A stretch of DNA of 64,000 nucleotides, taken from assembly GCA_029257695.1 (NCBI GenBank), contig JARIAU010000059.1, forward strand, positions 152 to 64,151, read 5' to 3'. The position numbers and the translations under genes were made by a program. Every line of letters starts with the position of its first letter. Position 1 is the first letter of the stretch. Below are positions 27,207 to 36,293 of the stretch, piece after piece. The stretch is from Oscillospiraceae bacterium. Lineage in GTDB: Bacteria > Bacillota > Clostridia > Oscillospirales > Oscillospiraceae. A model generated the notes under the pieces. It was not told the DNA's origin, ran no database searches, and saw nothing but the letters and a program-made list of their open reading frames with translations.

Positions 27207-28499
27207 TCAAGGTGCTGCGTGGGAAGCGGCTTGGGCCTTTGCCGCAAGTCCCTTGGCGTTGGCCAGCATCAGCTTGATGCGGTTTTCCTGATTGATCTCC
27301 GTGGCCGAAGGGTCATAGTCAATGGCCACGATGTTGGAATTGGGGTAGTTGTCCTTGATGGCACGGATCATGCCCTTGCCCACGATGTGATTGGGCAGGC
27401 AGCCGAAGGGCTGGGCGCAGACGATGTTGTTGGTGCCGGAATGGATCAGCTCCAGCATTTCGGCGGTGAGCAGCCAGCCTTCGCCCATCTTGCAGCCATC
27501 GCCCAGATAGCCGTCGATGAGACGCTGGAGCGTGGCAAAGTCACCGGGGGCTTGGAAGCGGCCGGAGTCCCGGAAGGCCTCGATCATGTCGTGCTGACAG
27601 TGCTCGATGTAGCGCATGGCCCACTTGCAGACCACCTTCTTGAGGTGGCTGCCGCCGTAAATATCCACATCCACCACTCGGTTGTAGATTTTGAAAATCA
27701 TAAAGTCGGTCAGGCCGGGCACCACCGGTTCGGCACCTTCGCTGAGGAGGAAGTGCTCCAGATTGTTGTTGCCGAGGGCGGAGAACTTGACATAGATCTC
27801 GCCCACCACGCCGACCCGAATTTTGTCGGAGGGGGTGTAGGGAATGGTCTTGAAGTCGGAGAGGATCTCCCGGAATACCGACTTCATCTGCTTGCGGGAC
27901 ATCCCCTTCCCGTTGGTGAAGCGGCGGATGAGTTCCGTCGTCCAGTGCTCCACCATGGCATCGGTGTCGCCGGAGTTGGTTTCATAGGGGCGGACCTGAT
28001 TGGCCACATTCATGATGAGGTCGCCGTACATCATGGCATAGACCAGCTTGCGGATCAGGGGGATGGTCAGAGAAAAGCCCGGGTTGGTCTCCTGACCCAC
28101 GGAGAGGGAAATGACGGGAATGTAATCCATACCGGCCTTTTTCAGCGCCTTGCGGAGCAGGTGAATGTAGTTGCTGGCCCGGCAGCCGCCGCCGGTCTGG
28201 GTAATCATCAGGGCCACCTTATGGCGATCATAGCCGCCGTTTTTGATGGCATCCAAAAACTGACCGATGACCAGCAGGGCCGGATAGCAGGTGTCGTTGT
28301 GGACATATTTCAGACCTTCGTCCACCACGGCCCGGCCGCTGTTGTTCAGCTGGGCCACCCGATAGCCTTCCAATTCCAGCATTTTACGGAACATACCGAA
28401 GTGGATGGGCAGCATTTGGGGAATGAGGATGGTGTATTCCTTCTTCATTTCCTTGGTAAACAGGAGACGACCGGTGTTGTCGTAAATCAATTCAGCCAT
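27207..28499 (-). CDS. 2-hydroxyacyl-CoA dehydratase-family / activase-associated protein (YjiM-like), substrate unknown
   Basis: YVHNDTCYPALLVIGQ and QTGGGCRASNY motifs typical of the HgdB/BcrC-like family. Sits 9 nt downstream of the activase gene. Confidence 0.75.
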   Translation of the reverse strand: MAELIYDNTGRLLFTKEMKKEYTILIPQMLPIHFGMFRKMLELEGYRVAQLNNSGRAVVDEGLKYVHNDTCYPALLVIGQFLDAIKNGGYDRHKVALMITQTGGGCRASNYIHLLRKALKKAGMDYIPVISLSVGQETNPGFSLTIPLIRKLVYAMMYGDLIMNVANQVRPYETNSGDTDAMVEHWTTELIRRFTNGKGMSRKQMKSVFREILSDFKTIPYTPSDKIRVGVVGEIYVKFSALGNNNLEHFLLSEGAEPVVPGLTDFMIFKIYNRVVDVDIYGGSHLKKVVCKWAMRYIEHCQHDMIEAFRDSGRFQAPGDFATLQRLIDGYLGDGCKMGEGWLLTAEMLELIHSGTNNIVCAQPFGCLPNHIVGKGMIRAIKDNYPNSNIVAIDYDPSATEINQENRIKLMLANAKGLAAKAQAASHAAP

Positions 28500-28508
28500 G
28501 GATTCACC

Positions 28509-31454
28509 TCACGAATTCTTCTTGCGTGCGTCAATGGCCGCCAGCAGGGAACGGATGCGGATCTTCACTGCACCCAGGTTGGAAATATCGTCAATTTTCA
28601 GCTGCGTGTACAGCTTGCCGCCCTCCTCCAGAATGGAGCGCATTTCGTCGCCGGTGATGGCATCCACGCCGCAGCCGAAGCTCACAAGCTGGATCAGTTC
28701 CATGTCGGGCTGCGTGCAGACATAGCGGGCCGCATTGTACATGCGGGCGTGGTAGGTCCACTGGTTAAGCACCTTGCGGGGGGCCTTGTCCATGTGGTAG
28801 GCCACTGCATCCTCGGTGATGAGGACAAAGCGGAAGCCGGTGACCAGATCGTTGATGCCGTGGTTGATTTCCGGGTCCATGTGATAGGGACGGCCGGCCA
28901 CCACCATAATGGGCAGATCGTGGCTGCGGGCATAGTCGATGTAGGCCTGACCGGTGGCACGCACATCCTCTACATAGGCATGATAGGCGGCAAAGGCAGC
29001 ACGGCTGGCGGCAATCACTTCCTTCTTAGGGATGGAGAATTCCCGGCCGAAGTACTCCGCCGCCCGTGTTTCAAAGTCCTTGGGCCGATGCAGACCAAAA
29101 TATGCGTGGAGGAAGCGATGCTCCTTCAGTGCGGGGATGTTGGCGGCGATCAGGTCGGGGTAGTAGGCCACCACCGGGCAGTTGTAGTTGTTGTCACTGG
29201 TGCCCTCGTCAAAGTTGTAGCTCATGCAGGGGTAGAAGATGGTGTCCACACCCGCATCCAAAAGGGCCTGCACATGGCCGTGAATCAGCTTGGCCGGATA
29301 GCACACCGTGTCCGACGGGATGGTGCGCTGGCCCTTGATGTAAAGCTGGCGGCTGGACTGGGGGGAGAGAACCACTTCAAAGTTCAGTTTGGTGAAGAAG
29401 GTGAACCAGAAGGGCAGATTTTCGTACATATTCAGCCCGAAGGGAATGCCGATCTTGCCACGGGCGCCGGAGCCCTCGCCTTTGCCCTCCATGCTGCGCA
29501 GCTTGTCATACTTGTAGCGCATCAGATCGGGCATAGCTTCCTTTTTGCCGCCCAGGGGCTTGGAGCAGCGGTTGCCGGAGAGGAAGCGGCGGCCGCCGTC
29601 AAACTGGTTGATGGTCAGGGCGCAGTGGTTGGTGCAGCCGTTGCAGGTGATGGGCTTGGCGGTATGGACAAAATGGGTCAATTCCTCCGGACGGAGGGTC
29701 TGGCTCTCGGAGAGACCCAGCTCCTTGGCGGCCAGTGCCGCACCGAAGGCGCCCATAATGCCGGAAATGGTGGGGCGGGTGACCTCTCGGCCCAGCTCCT
29801 GCTCAAAGGCACGCAGTACGGCATCGTTGTGGAAGGTGCCGCCCTGCACCACGATGTGCTGCCCGAGATCATCTGCCGAGGACATCCGCAGCACCTTGTA
29901 AATGGCGTTTTTCACGATGGAAATGGCAAGGCCGGCAGAGATGTCTGCCACACTGGCACCGTCCTTCTGGGCCTGCTTCACGGAGGAGTTCATAAACACG
30001 GTGCAGCGGGAACCCAGATTGACGGGCTTTTCCGTAAACAGACCCAGCTTGGCAAAGTCGGCGATGTCATAGCCCAGCGCACGGGCAAAGGTTTCGATGA
30101 AGGAGCCGCAGCCGGAGGAACAGGCCTCATTCAACAGGATGGAATCCACGGCGCCGTTGCGGATCTTGAAGCATTTCATGTCCTGCCCGCCGATGTCGAT
30201 GATGAAGTCTACCTCCGGATTGAAGTGGCGGGCCGCATTCAGGTGAGCTACGGTCTCCACCAGACCCAAATCACAGTTGAAGGCATTTTTGATGAGATCC
30301 TCACCATAACCGGTGACGGCACTGCCCTTCAGCGTGATGCGGTCGCCGCAGAGGGCATAAATGTGTTCCAGCTGCTCCTTCACAATGGCCACCGGATTGC
30401 CTTGGTTGGAGTGATAGTAGGTATAAAGCAGTCCGCCGTCGGCCGCAATCAGCGCCAGCTTGGTGGTGGTGCTGCCGGCATCAATGCCCAGCCAGGCATC
30501 GCCCCGATAGGTGGCGATGTCCAGCACCGGGGGATGGGTGGCGTTGTGGCGCTGACAGAAGGCGTCATATTCTGCCTGATTGGCGAAAAGCTGGGGAGCG
30601 GTGTTGATGGTCGTGGTGGCCTCCCGGCTCTCTTCCAGCAGACGCAGGGCATCGTCGAAGGGACGGGCGGCATAATCCGAGGCACAGAGGGCGGCGCCGA
30701 TGGCGGCGAAGCAGTCGCCATCCTCGGGGAAAATGGCATGGGCCTCGTCCAGTTCCAGCGTTTCTACAAAACGCTCCCGCAGCCCTTGCAGGAAGTGGAG
30801 GGGACCGCCCAAAAAGACCAGCTTGCCCTTGAGCTCCCGCCCTTGGGTCAAGCCGGCAATGGTCTGATCCACAACGGCCTGAAAGATGGAGGCCGCCACA
30901 TCTTCTTTCCGACCGCCTTGGTTCAGGATGGGCTGAATATCGCTTTTGGCGAACACGCCGCAGCGAGAGGCGATGGGATAGATTTTTTCGTGCTTGAGGG
31001 CCAGCTGATCCAGCTCGGGGGCGGTCACATTCATCAGCGTGGCCATCTGGTCGATAAAGGCACCGGTGCCGCCGGCACAGGAGCCGTTCATGCGTTCTTC
31101 CAACGCACCGCCGAAGAAGATGATCTTGGCATCCTCACCGCCCAGTTCGATGACGGCATCGGTGTCGGGAATGTATTCGTTGACCGCAGCAGCGGTGGCG
31201 TAGACCTCCTGAACGAAGTCCACTCCGCTGGCCTTGGCCACACCCAGACCGGCCGAGCCGGTGATGACCAGCCGGATGTCCTGACCGGAGAATTGGGGGG
31301 CGATGGAGCGGAGGATTTCGCAGGCCTTTTCACGCACCTTGGAAAAATGCCGCTCATAGGAGCGGAACAACAGCTGTCCTTCGGGGGAAAGCACCACAAC
31401 CTTGACGGTGGTGGAGCCGATGTCAATGCCAATACGCAGACTCATGGGATTCAC
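28509..31454 (-). CDS. double BcrAD/BadFG-type ATPase (CoA-enzyme activase-like) fused to a C-terminal Cys-rich domain
   Basis: Two ASKHA ATPase modules (IGIDIGSTTVKVVVL..NGSCAGGTGAFIDQMA and LGIDAGSTTTKLALI..NEACSSGCGSFIETFA), then CNGCTNHCALT and a C-terminal domain. Confidence 0.8.
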   Translation of the reverse strand: MNPMSLRIGIDIGSTTVKVVVLSPEGQLLFRSYERHFSKVREKACEILRSIAPQFSGQDIRLVITGSAGLGVAKASGVDFVQEVYATAAAVNEYIPDTDAVIELGGEDAKIIFFGGALEERMNGSCAGGTGAFIDQMATLMNVTAPELDQLALKHEKIYPIASRCGVFAKSDIQPILNQGGRKEDVAASIFQAVVDQTIAGLTQGRELKGKLVFLGGPLHFLQGLRERFVETLELDEAHAIFPEDGDCFAAIGAALCASDYAARPFDDALRLLEESREATTTINTAPQLFANQAEYDAFCQRHNATHPPVLDIATYRGDAWLGIDAGSTTTKLALIAADGGLLYTYYHSNQGNPVAIVKEQLEHIYALCGDRITLKGSAVTGYGEDLIKNAFNCDLGLVETVAHLNAARHFNPEVDFIIDIGGQDMKCFKIRNGAVDSILLNEACSSGCGSFIETFARALGYDIADFAKLGLFTEKPVNLGSRCTVFMNSSVKQAQKDGASVADISAGLAISIVKNAIYKVLRMSSADDLGQHIVVQGGTFHNDAVLRAFEQELGREVTRPTISGIMGAFGAALAAKELGLSESQTLRPEELTHFVHTAKPITCNGCTNHCALTINQFDGGRRFLSGNRCSKPLGGKKEAMPDLMRYKYDKLRSMEGKGEGSGARGKIGIPFGLNMYENLPFWFTFFTKLNFEVVLSPQSSRQLYIKGQRTIPSDTVCYPAKLIHGHVQALLDAGVDTIFYPCMSYNFDEGTSDNNYNCPVVAYYPDLIAANIPALKEHRFLHAYFGLHRPKDFETRAAEYFGREFSIPKKEVIAASRAAFAAYHAYVEDVRATGQAYIDYARSHDLPIMVVAGRPYHMDPEINHGINDLVTGFRFVLITEDAVAYHMDKAPRKVLNQWTYHARMYNAARYVCTQPDMELIQLVSFGCGVDAITGDEMRSILEEGGKLYTQLKIDDISNLGAVKIRIRSLLAAIDARKKNS

Positions 31455-31490
31455 CTTTTCTGATGTTTCGATTTTGAACGATTACAAAAC

Positions 31491-31518
31491 ATTCTACCAT
31501 TTTATGCTGAATTTACAA
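31491..31518 (-). promoter_or_regulatory. candidate promoter of the activase operon
   Basis: Minus strand TTGTAA (31518-31513), 16 nt, TGgTAGAAT (31499-31491). Confidence 0.5.
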
Positions 31519-31571
31519 GAGAAAGACCTTGGAAGAATATGAAACAATTGTAAATTTTGGCGGAAAATACA

Positions 31572-31850
31572 GAAAAAAAGGGGGAAATGGACGGGTGTCC
31601 GTCAAAATTTTGTTCGTAAAACGGAGCAGTTTGCAGCCAAGTGCAACCCAGCGGTTTGGGTTTCCATACGAACCCCTTCCGGTGGAACGGTGCCGCAGGA
31701 ACACCGAGACGGAAGGTCCGTCCCTTCACGGGACGACCGACTTACGGCACGGCACAAGGAAGGTTCCTTTGTCCGTCCCTGTGGTTTGAGGAGGGACAAC
31801 GGGTATGCAGGGCCGTGGTTGGCAATCGTTTTCTTCAAAGATGGAACGGA
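31572..31850. other. GC-rich, highly structured non-coding region of unassigned class (possible ncRNA or cis-regulator)
   Basis: No protein-like frame. Several nested helices. The minus strand ends in GACGG-acac-CCGTC followed by CATTTCCCCCTTTTTTT. Confidence 0.3.
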
Positions 31851-31856
31851 TGGGAT

Positions 31857-31901
31857 GAAAAAGGGACCAAAGGCAGCCCATGAGCAGCCTTTGGTCCCTT
31901 T
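31857..31901 (-). terminator. intrinsic terminator after the M16 peptidase gene
   Basis: 18-bp stem AAAGGGACCAAAGGCtGC / GCaGCCTTTGGTCCCTTT with flanking A/T runs. Confidence 0.7.
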
Positions 31902-31920
31902 GATTGGGGTATGGGGTGGA

Positions 31921-33177
31921 TTAGTGCAGCAACAGCTGACGATAGGTCTCCTCGTCGGACACCCGGCCCACGGCGGAGAAAGAAAGGTGATCAAAGTCGA
32001 AGGTTTCCCGGGCCAGAGTGAGCACTTCCTCCCGGGTGACGGCGTCATAACTGGCGATGATGTCATCGGGGGTCAGGAAGCGGCCTTCCCGCAGCAGGCA
32101 GCGGGCCAGATGGCTCATGCGGGCGGTGGTGGATTCCAGACCCATCAGCACATTGGCCTTGGACTGCTCCCGCACCAGCTGCAATTCTTCCTGGGTGGGG
32201 CCGTGGTCGAGAAAGTCCTCCAGCAAATGACGGATGCAATCCAGTGCCTTGGGCTCCTGGTCCCGATTCAAAGCGGTGTAAATGGACAACAGGCCCACCT
32301 CCTCGTGGCTGGTGCCAAAGGTGTAGACACTGTAACAAAGGCCGTTCTTTTCTCGGACCTGCTGGAACAGGCGGGAGGACATACCGCCGCCCAAAATGGA
32401 GGAGAGCAGCTGCATCTGATACTTTCGGGGGTCTCGATCCGTGATGGAAGGGAAGGAGAGCATCAGGTGGTTCTGTTCGGTGGCCTTTCGCTTCACCACA
32501 AAGGCATCCTTCATGGCAACGGGCTTGAGCTTTTTGGCGGTTCCCGGCTCCATGGCCGAGAAGCGCTCCTCGATGGAGCGGACCACATCCTCGGTAAAGC
32601 TGCCGGCCAGCGTCACCACCACACGGTCGGCGGTGTAGTGGTTTTGCTTGTACTCCTTGAGCCATGCGCCGGTCATCTTTTCCAAAGAGGCCTTGCGCCC
32701 CAGAATGGGGCGGCCCAGAGCGGAGCCTTTGAACACGGCGCCGAACAGACGCTCACTGACCAGATCGGAGGGGTCATCGGCATACATGCCGATCTCTTCC
32801 AAAATGACCCCTCGTTCGGTTTGCACATCTTCCTCGTCAAACTTGCTATGGAAAAACATATCGCAGAGAATGTCCAGTGCTTCGGGCAGATGGGTGTCCA
32901 GACAGCGGGCGTGGAAACAGGTGTTTTCCTTGGTGGTAAAGGCATTGACCTGACCGCCGATGGAATCCATGCGCCAGGCCAGCTGCTCGGCAGAGCAGGT
33001 GTCAGTGCCCTTGAAGAGCATATGCTCGATGAAGTGGGCGGCGCCGTTTTCACGGCTGGATTCATCCCGGGAGCCGGTGGTGACCCAGATGCCCAGAGCG
33101 GCAGAGCGGACGCCGGGCATCCGCTCGGTGGCGATGCGGACGCCATTGGGAAGGGTGATAAGCTGATAATCGTACAT
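31921..33177 (-). CDS. M16 family (pitrilysin/insulinase-like) zinc peptidase
   Basis: HFIEH inverted zinc motif (GAAHFIEHMLFKGT). Position downstream of pnp as in Bacillus ymxG/mlpA. Confidence 0.85.
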   Translation of the reverse strand: MYDYQLITLPNGVRIATERMPGVRSAALGIWVTTGSRDESSRENGAAHFIEHMLFKGTDTCSAEQLAWRMDSIGGQVNAFTTKENTCFHARCLDTHLPEALDILCDMFFHSKFDEEDVQTERGVILEEIGMYADDPSDLVSERLFGAVFKGSALGRPILGRKASLEKMTGAWLKEYKQNHYTADRVVVTLAGSFTEDVVRSIEERFSAMEPGTAKKLKPVAMKDAFVVKRKATEQNHLMLSFPSITDRDPRKYQMQLLSSILGGGMSSRLFQQVREKNGLCYSVYTFGTSHEEVGLLSIYTALNRDQEPKALDCIRHLLEDFLDHGPTQEELQLVREQSKANVLMGLESTTARMSHLARCLLREGRFLTPDDIIASYDAVTREEVLTLARETFDFDHLSFSAVGRVSDEETYRQLLLH

Positions 33178-33267
33178 AGCGTTACCTCACTTGGAGAAAA
33201 TAGAGAAAAAGCCGGACGAACGAAAAGGTTCGTCCGTCCGGCTTAGTATGACCCAAAAGCGGGAAAA

Positions 33268-35415
33268 TTACTGCTGATTCTGCTGTGCCTGCTGCTCACG
33301 GATCTCACGCAGAGCATCCTTGTGGCTCAGGTTGACACGGCCCTTCTCGTCGATGTCGGTGACCTTGACCCAGATCATGTCGCCGATGTTGACCACATCC
33401 TCCACAGCGGCAACACGGTGGTTGGCCAGCTTGGAGATATGCACCAGACCGTCCTTGCCGGGAGCCAGCTCAACGAAGGCGCCGAACTGCATGATGCGGA
33501 CGACCTTGCCGAAGTACAGGGCGCCCACCTCGGGCACGAACACGATGGTTTCGATGGCCTTCTTGGCAGCCTCCACGCTCTCGGCATCGGGGCCGGAGAT
33601 GAACAGGTCGCCGGTGTCCTCAATGTCGATCTTGGCGCCGGAATCGGCCTGGATCTTCTGGATGACCTTGCCGCCGGAACCGATGACCTCACGGATCTTG
33701 TTGGGATCGATCTTCATCTTGAGCATCTTGGGGGCATTGGGGCTCACCTCTGCACGGGGAGCGGGAATGCAGGGCAGGATGACCTCGTCGATGATGGCGC
33801 AGCGGGCATCACGGGTGATGTCCAGAGCGTTCTGGATGATCTCCATGGTCAGACCGTCGTTCTTCAGGTCCATCTGGATGGCGGTGATGCCGGCCTTGGT
33901 GCCGGCCACCTTGAAGTCCATCTCGCCGTGGAAGTCTTCCACGCCCTGAATGTCGATGAAGGTGGTGAAGCCGCCCTCGTCGTCCTGGATCAGACCGCAG
34001 GAAATGCCGGCCACAGGAGCCTTCAGAGGCACACCGGCATCCATCAGAGCCAGCGTGGAGCCGCAGATGGAGGCCTGAGAGGTGGAGCCGTTGGAGCTCA
34101 TGATCTCGGACACCACGCGGATGGCGTAGGGGAACTCCTCCACGGAGGGCAGCACGGCCTCCAGAGCACGCTCGGACAGAGCGCCGTGGCCATACTCACG
34201 ACGGTTGGTGGACTTGGCACCACGGGCCTCGCCGGTGGAGTAGGCGGGCATGTTGTAGTGATGCATATAGCGCTTGGTGTCCTCTTCCCAGATGGTATCC
34301 AGCTTCTGAGCGGCGGACAGGGTGTTCAGGGTGCAGATGCTCAGGGCCTGGGTCTGACCACGGGTGAACAGGCCGGAGCCGTGCACCTTGGGCAGCACAC
34401 CGACCTCGGCACCCAGAGGACGGATCTCGTTGCTCTTGCGGCCGTCCACACGGTGGCCTTCCAGCAGCCACTGCTTGACGATCTTCTTCTGGAACTTGTA
34501 GGTGAAGGATTCCAGATACTTGTCCATATCGGGATACTCCTCCAGGAACAGCTCATGCCAGTGGTCGATCAGCTTGTTCCAGCGCTGCTCACGGACATTC
34601 TTGTCGTCGGTGTCCATGGCGGCCTGTGCCTCTTCCATGGTGGCATCGACGATCTTGGCGAACAGCTCTTCGTTGAAGTCGGCGTGCTCATACTCGAACT
34701 TGGGCTTGCCGATTTCGGCGACCATGCGGTTGATCAGAGCAACGATGGTCTTGTTGACCTCGTGAGCGGCCTTGATGCCCTCGAACATGATTTCGTCGGG
34801 GATCTCCTTGGCGCCGGCCTCGATCATGACCACCTTCTCGCCGGTGGAGGCGACGGTGGTGTCCATCTGGCTGCGGGCACGCTGCTCCTGCGTGGGGTTG
34901 ATGACGATCTCGCCGTCCACATAGCCCACCTCAACGCTGGCGATGGGGCCGTTCCACGGAATGTCAGAGATGGCCACCATAGCGGAGGCGCCGATCATGG
35001 CAGCAACTTCAGGGGAGCAGTCACGATCCAGGCTCATGACGGTGCAGGTGATGGAAACATCGTTGCGCAGGTCGCTGGGGAACAGGGGGCGCATGGGGCG
35101 GTCGATCAGACGGCTTGCCAGCACGGCAGGCAGAGAGGGACGGCCCTCACGGCGCATGAAGGAGCCGGGGATGCGGCCCACGGCGTACAGCTTTTCCTCA
35201 AAGTCCACGCTCAGAGGGAAGAAGTCCACGCCGTCACGGGGACGGGGGGAAGCGGTGACAGCCACCATGACGGTGGTTTCGCCGTAGTGGACCATGCCGG
35301 CGGCATTTGCCAGCTCGGCGACCTTGCCCACCTCAATGGAGAGGGGACGGCCGGCCAGATCCATCTCATACTTGCGGTAATTGGGGAACTGCTTGTGAGT
35401 AATGACAGTAGACAT
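33268..35415 (-). CDS. pnp: polyribonucleotide nucleotidyltransferase (PNPase)
   Basis: Two RNase PH domains plus KH (IREVIGSGGKVIQKI) and S1 (GKVVRIMQFGAFVEL) domains. ATG 35415 after AAGGAGG. Confidence 0.95.
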   Translation of the reverse strand: MSTVITHKQFPNYRKYEMDLAGRPLSIEVGKVAELANAAGMVHYGETTVMVAVTASPRPRDGVDFFPLSVDFEEKLYAVGRIPGSFMRREGRPSLPAVLASRLIDRPMRPLFPSDLRNDVSITCTVMSLDRDCSPEVAAMIGASAMVAISDIPWNGPIASVEVGYVDGEIVINPTQEQRARSQMDTTVASTGEKVVMIEAGAKEIPDEIMFEGIKAAHEVNKTIVALINRMVAEIGKPKFEYEHADFNEELFAKIVDATMEEAQAAMDTDDKNVREQRWNKLIDHWHELFLEEYPDMDKYLESFTYKFQKKIVKQWLLEGHRVDGRKSNEIRPLGAEVGVLPKVHGSGLFTRGQTQALSICTLNTLSAAQKLDTIWEEDTKRYMHHYNMPAYSTGEARGAKSTNRREYGHGALSERALEAVLPSVEEFPYAIRVVSEIMSSNGSTSQASICGSTLALMDAGVPLKAPVAGISCGLIQDDEGGFTTFIDIQGVEDFHGEMDFKVAGTKAGITAIQMDLKNDGLTMEIIQNALDITRDARCAIIDEVILPCIPAPRAEVSPNAPKMLKMKIDPNKIREVIGSGGKVIQKIQADSGAKIDIEDTGDLFISGPDAESVEAAKKAIETIVFVPEVGALYFGKVVRIMQFGAFVELAPGKDGLVHISKLANHRVAAVEDVVNIGDMIWVKVTDIDEKGRVNLSHKDALREIREQQAQQNQQ

Positions 35416-35449
35416 GGTTTGTCCTCCTTTACGGTGGAGACGAAGCCTG

Positions 35450-35511
35450 CCTTTTAGCACTTGAATCCGATCTCGCAGACGAGGCGAGGGCAGATTCAAC
35501 TGCTAAAAAGG
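35450..35511 (-). promoter_or_regulatory. long hairpin in the pnp 5' leader
   Basis: About 17-bp interrupted stem (CCTTTTTAGCAGTTGAATC / GATTCAAGTGCTAAAAGG) with an inner CTCGC/GCGAG helix. By analogy to the RNase III-processed pnp leader of E. coli (inference). Confidence 0.45.
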
Positions 35512-35552
35512 GGAAAGGGCTTGTCTCCGGAATTGGTTTGGTGAACGGAAAT

Positions 35553-35582
35553 CAGGGCGACGCGGGAAAATGCGTCGCCCTG
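35553..35582 (-). terminator. hairpin/attenuator after rpsO
   Basis: CAGGGCGACGC-N8-GCGTCGCCCTG, weak T tail. Read-through into pnp is likely. Confidence 0.55.
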
Positions 35583-35593
35583 ACCAGAAACAC

Positions 35594-35860
35594 TTACTTA
35601 CGCAGACCCAGCTTGGCAATCAGGGCACGATAACGCTCGATGTCCTTCTTGGCCAGATAGTCCAGCATCTTGCGGCGCTTACCAACCATCTGCAGCAGGC
35701 CACGACGGGAGTGGTTGTCATGGGGATGCGTACGCAGGTGATCAGTCAGCTGCTGGATGCGGGCGGTCAGGATAGCGACCTGGACCTCGGGAGAACCGGT
35801 GTCGGTCTCGTGGGTGCGGTTTGCTTCGATAACGGAAGTCTTTTCTTCTTTGCGGATCAT
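35594..35860 (-). CDS. rpsO: 30S ribosomal protein S15
   Basis: [69 protein letters not shown]..., 88 aa. Confidence 0.95.
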   Translation of the reverse strand: MIRKEEKTSVIEANRTHETDTGSPEVQVAILTARIQQLTDHLRTHPHDNHSRRGLLQMVGKRRKMLDYLAKKDIERYRALIAKLGLRK

Positions 35861-35988
35861 GGATGATTCCACCTTTCTTTGAAATATCCCTGTGTGCTGA
35901 GTTACGGGTGGGTGAAGCCCCGCAATGCGGGCGATGATCCCGAAACCAAGCAGAGAGGGCCGCACGGCAGCGCCGTGCATACGGTGGT

Positions 35989-36017
35989 ATCTTAACACAG
36001 CTGTTTCCGTTTGTAAA
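35989..36017 (-). promoter_or_regulatory. candidate rpsO promoter
   Basis: Minus strand TTTACA (36017-36012), 17 nt, TGtTAAGAT (35997-35989). About 130-nt structured leader follows. Confidence 0.5.
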
Positions 36018-36236
36018 GCAAAAAAAGATATCTTTTTGCGTCAAATTTGGACCGATGGAAAAAACAGGAAGCCAATGGGATGGCAGGCGGCAGCAGGGGA
36101 TGGAACAGGGGGACGGAAGTGCCTTCCGGAGCGGAGCAGCGGGTGCATAGGGGGCAGGAAACGGGAGGATGGCTGCCCTTGCGGAGCGGGGCAGGAGCCT
36201 CCGGCGGGCGAGGGTGTTCGGAGCCAACCGAAGCGG

Positions 36237-36269
36237 AAAAAACGCCCTGCGGCGGGAGCCGCAGGGCGT
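36237..36269 (-). terminator. strong intrinsic terminator after the tail-anchored protein gene
   Basis: ACGCCCTGCGGC-N4-GCCGCAGGGCGT followed by TTTTTT on the minus strand. Confidence 0.75.
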
Positions 36270-36293
36270 GGAACGCGTGTTGTTGTGCGGAGG

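Noticed and set aside
27111-31463. 1450-aa ORF on the + strand spanning two genes
   Set aside because: It is antisense to the dehydratase-like and activase genes, runs straight through their intergenic gap, and has no recognisable motifs. The minus-strand products carry clear ASKHA ATPase and HgdB-like signatures.
31572-31850. SRP RNA, tmRNA, RNase P, 6S RNA or a known riboswitch as identity of the structured region
   Set aside because: The diagnostic strings are missing: GGAAGCAGC of the SRP domain IV, the tRNA-like GGTTCGAATCC/ACCA end of tmRNA, AGGAAAGTCCGGGC of RNase P, and the THI, SAM, glycine and B12 box cores. 6S RNA cannot be excluded by eye, so the element is reported as unassigned.
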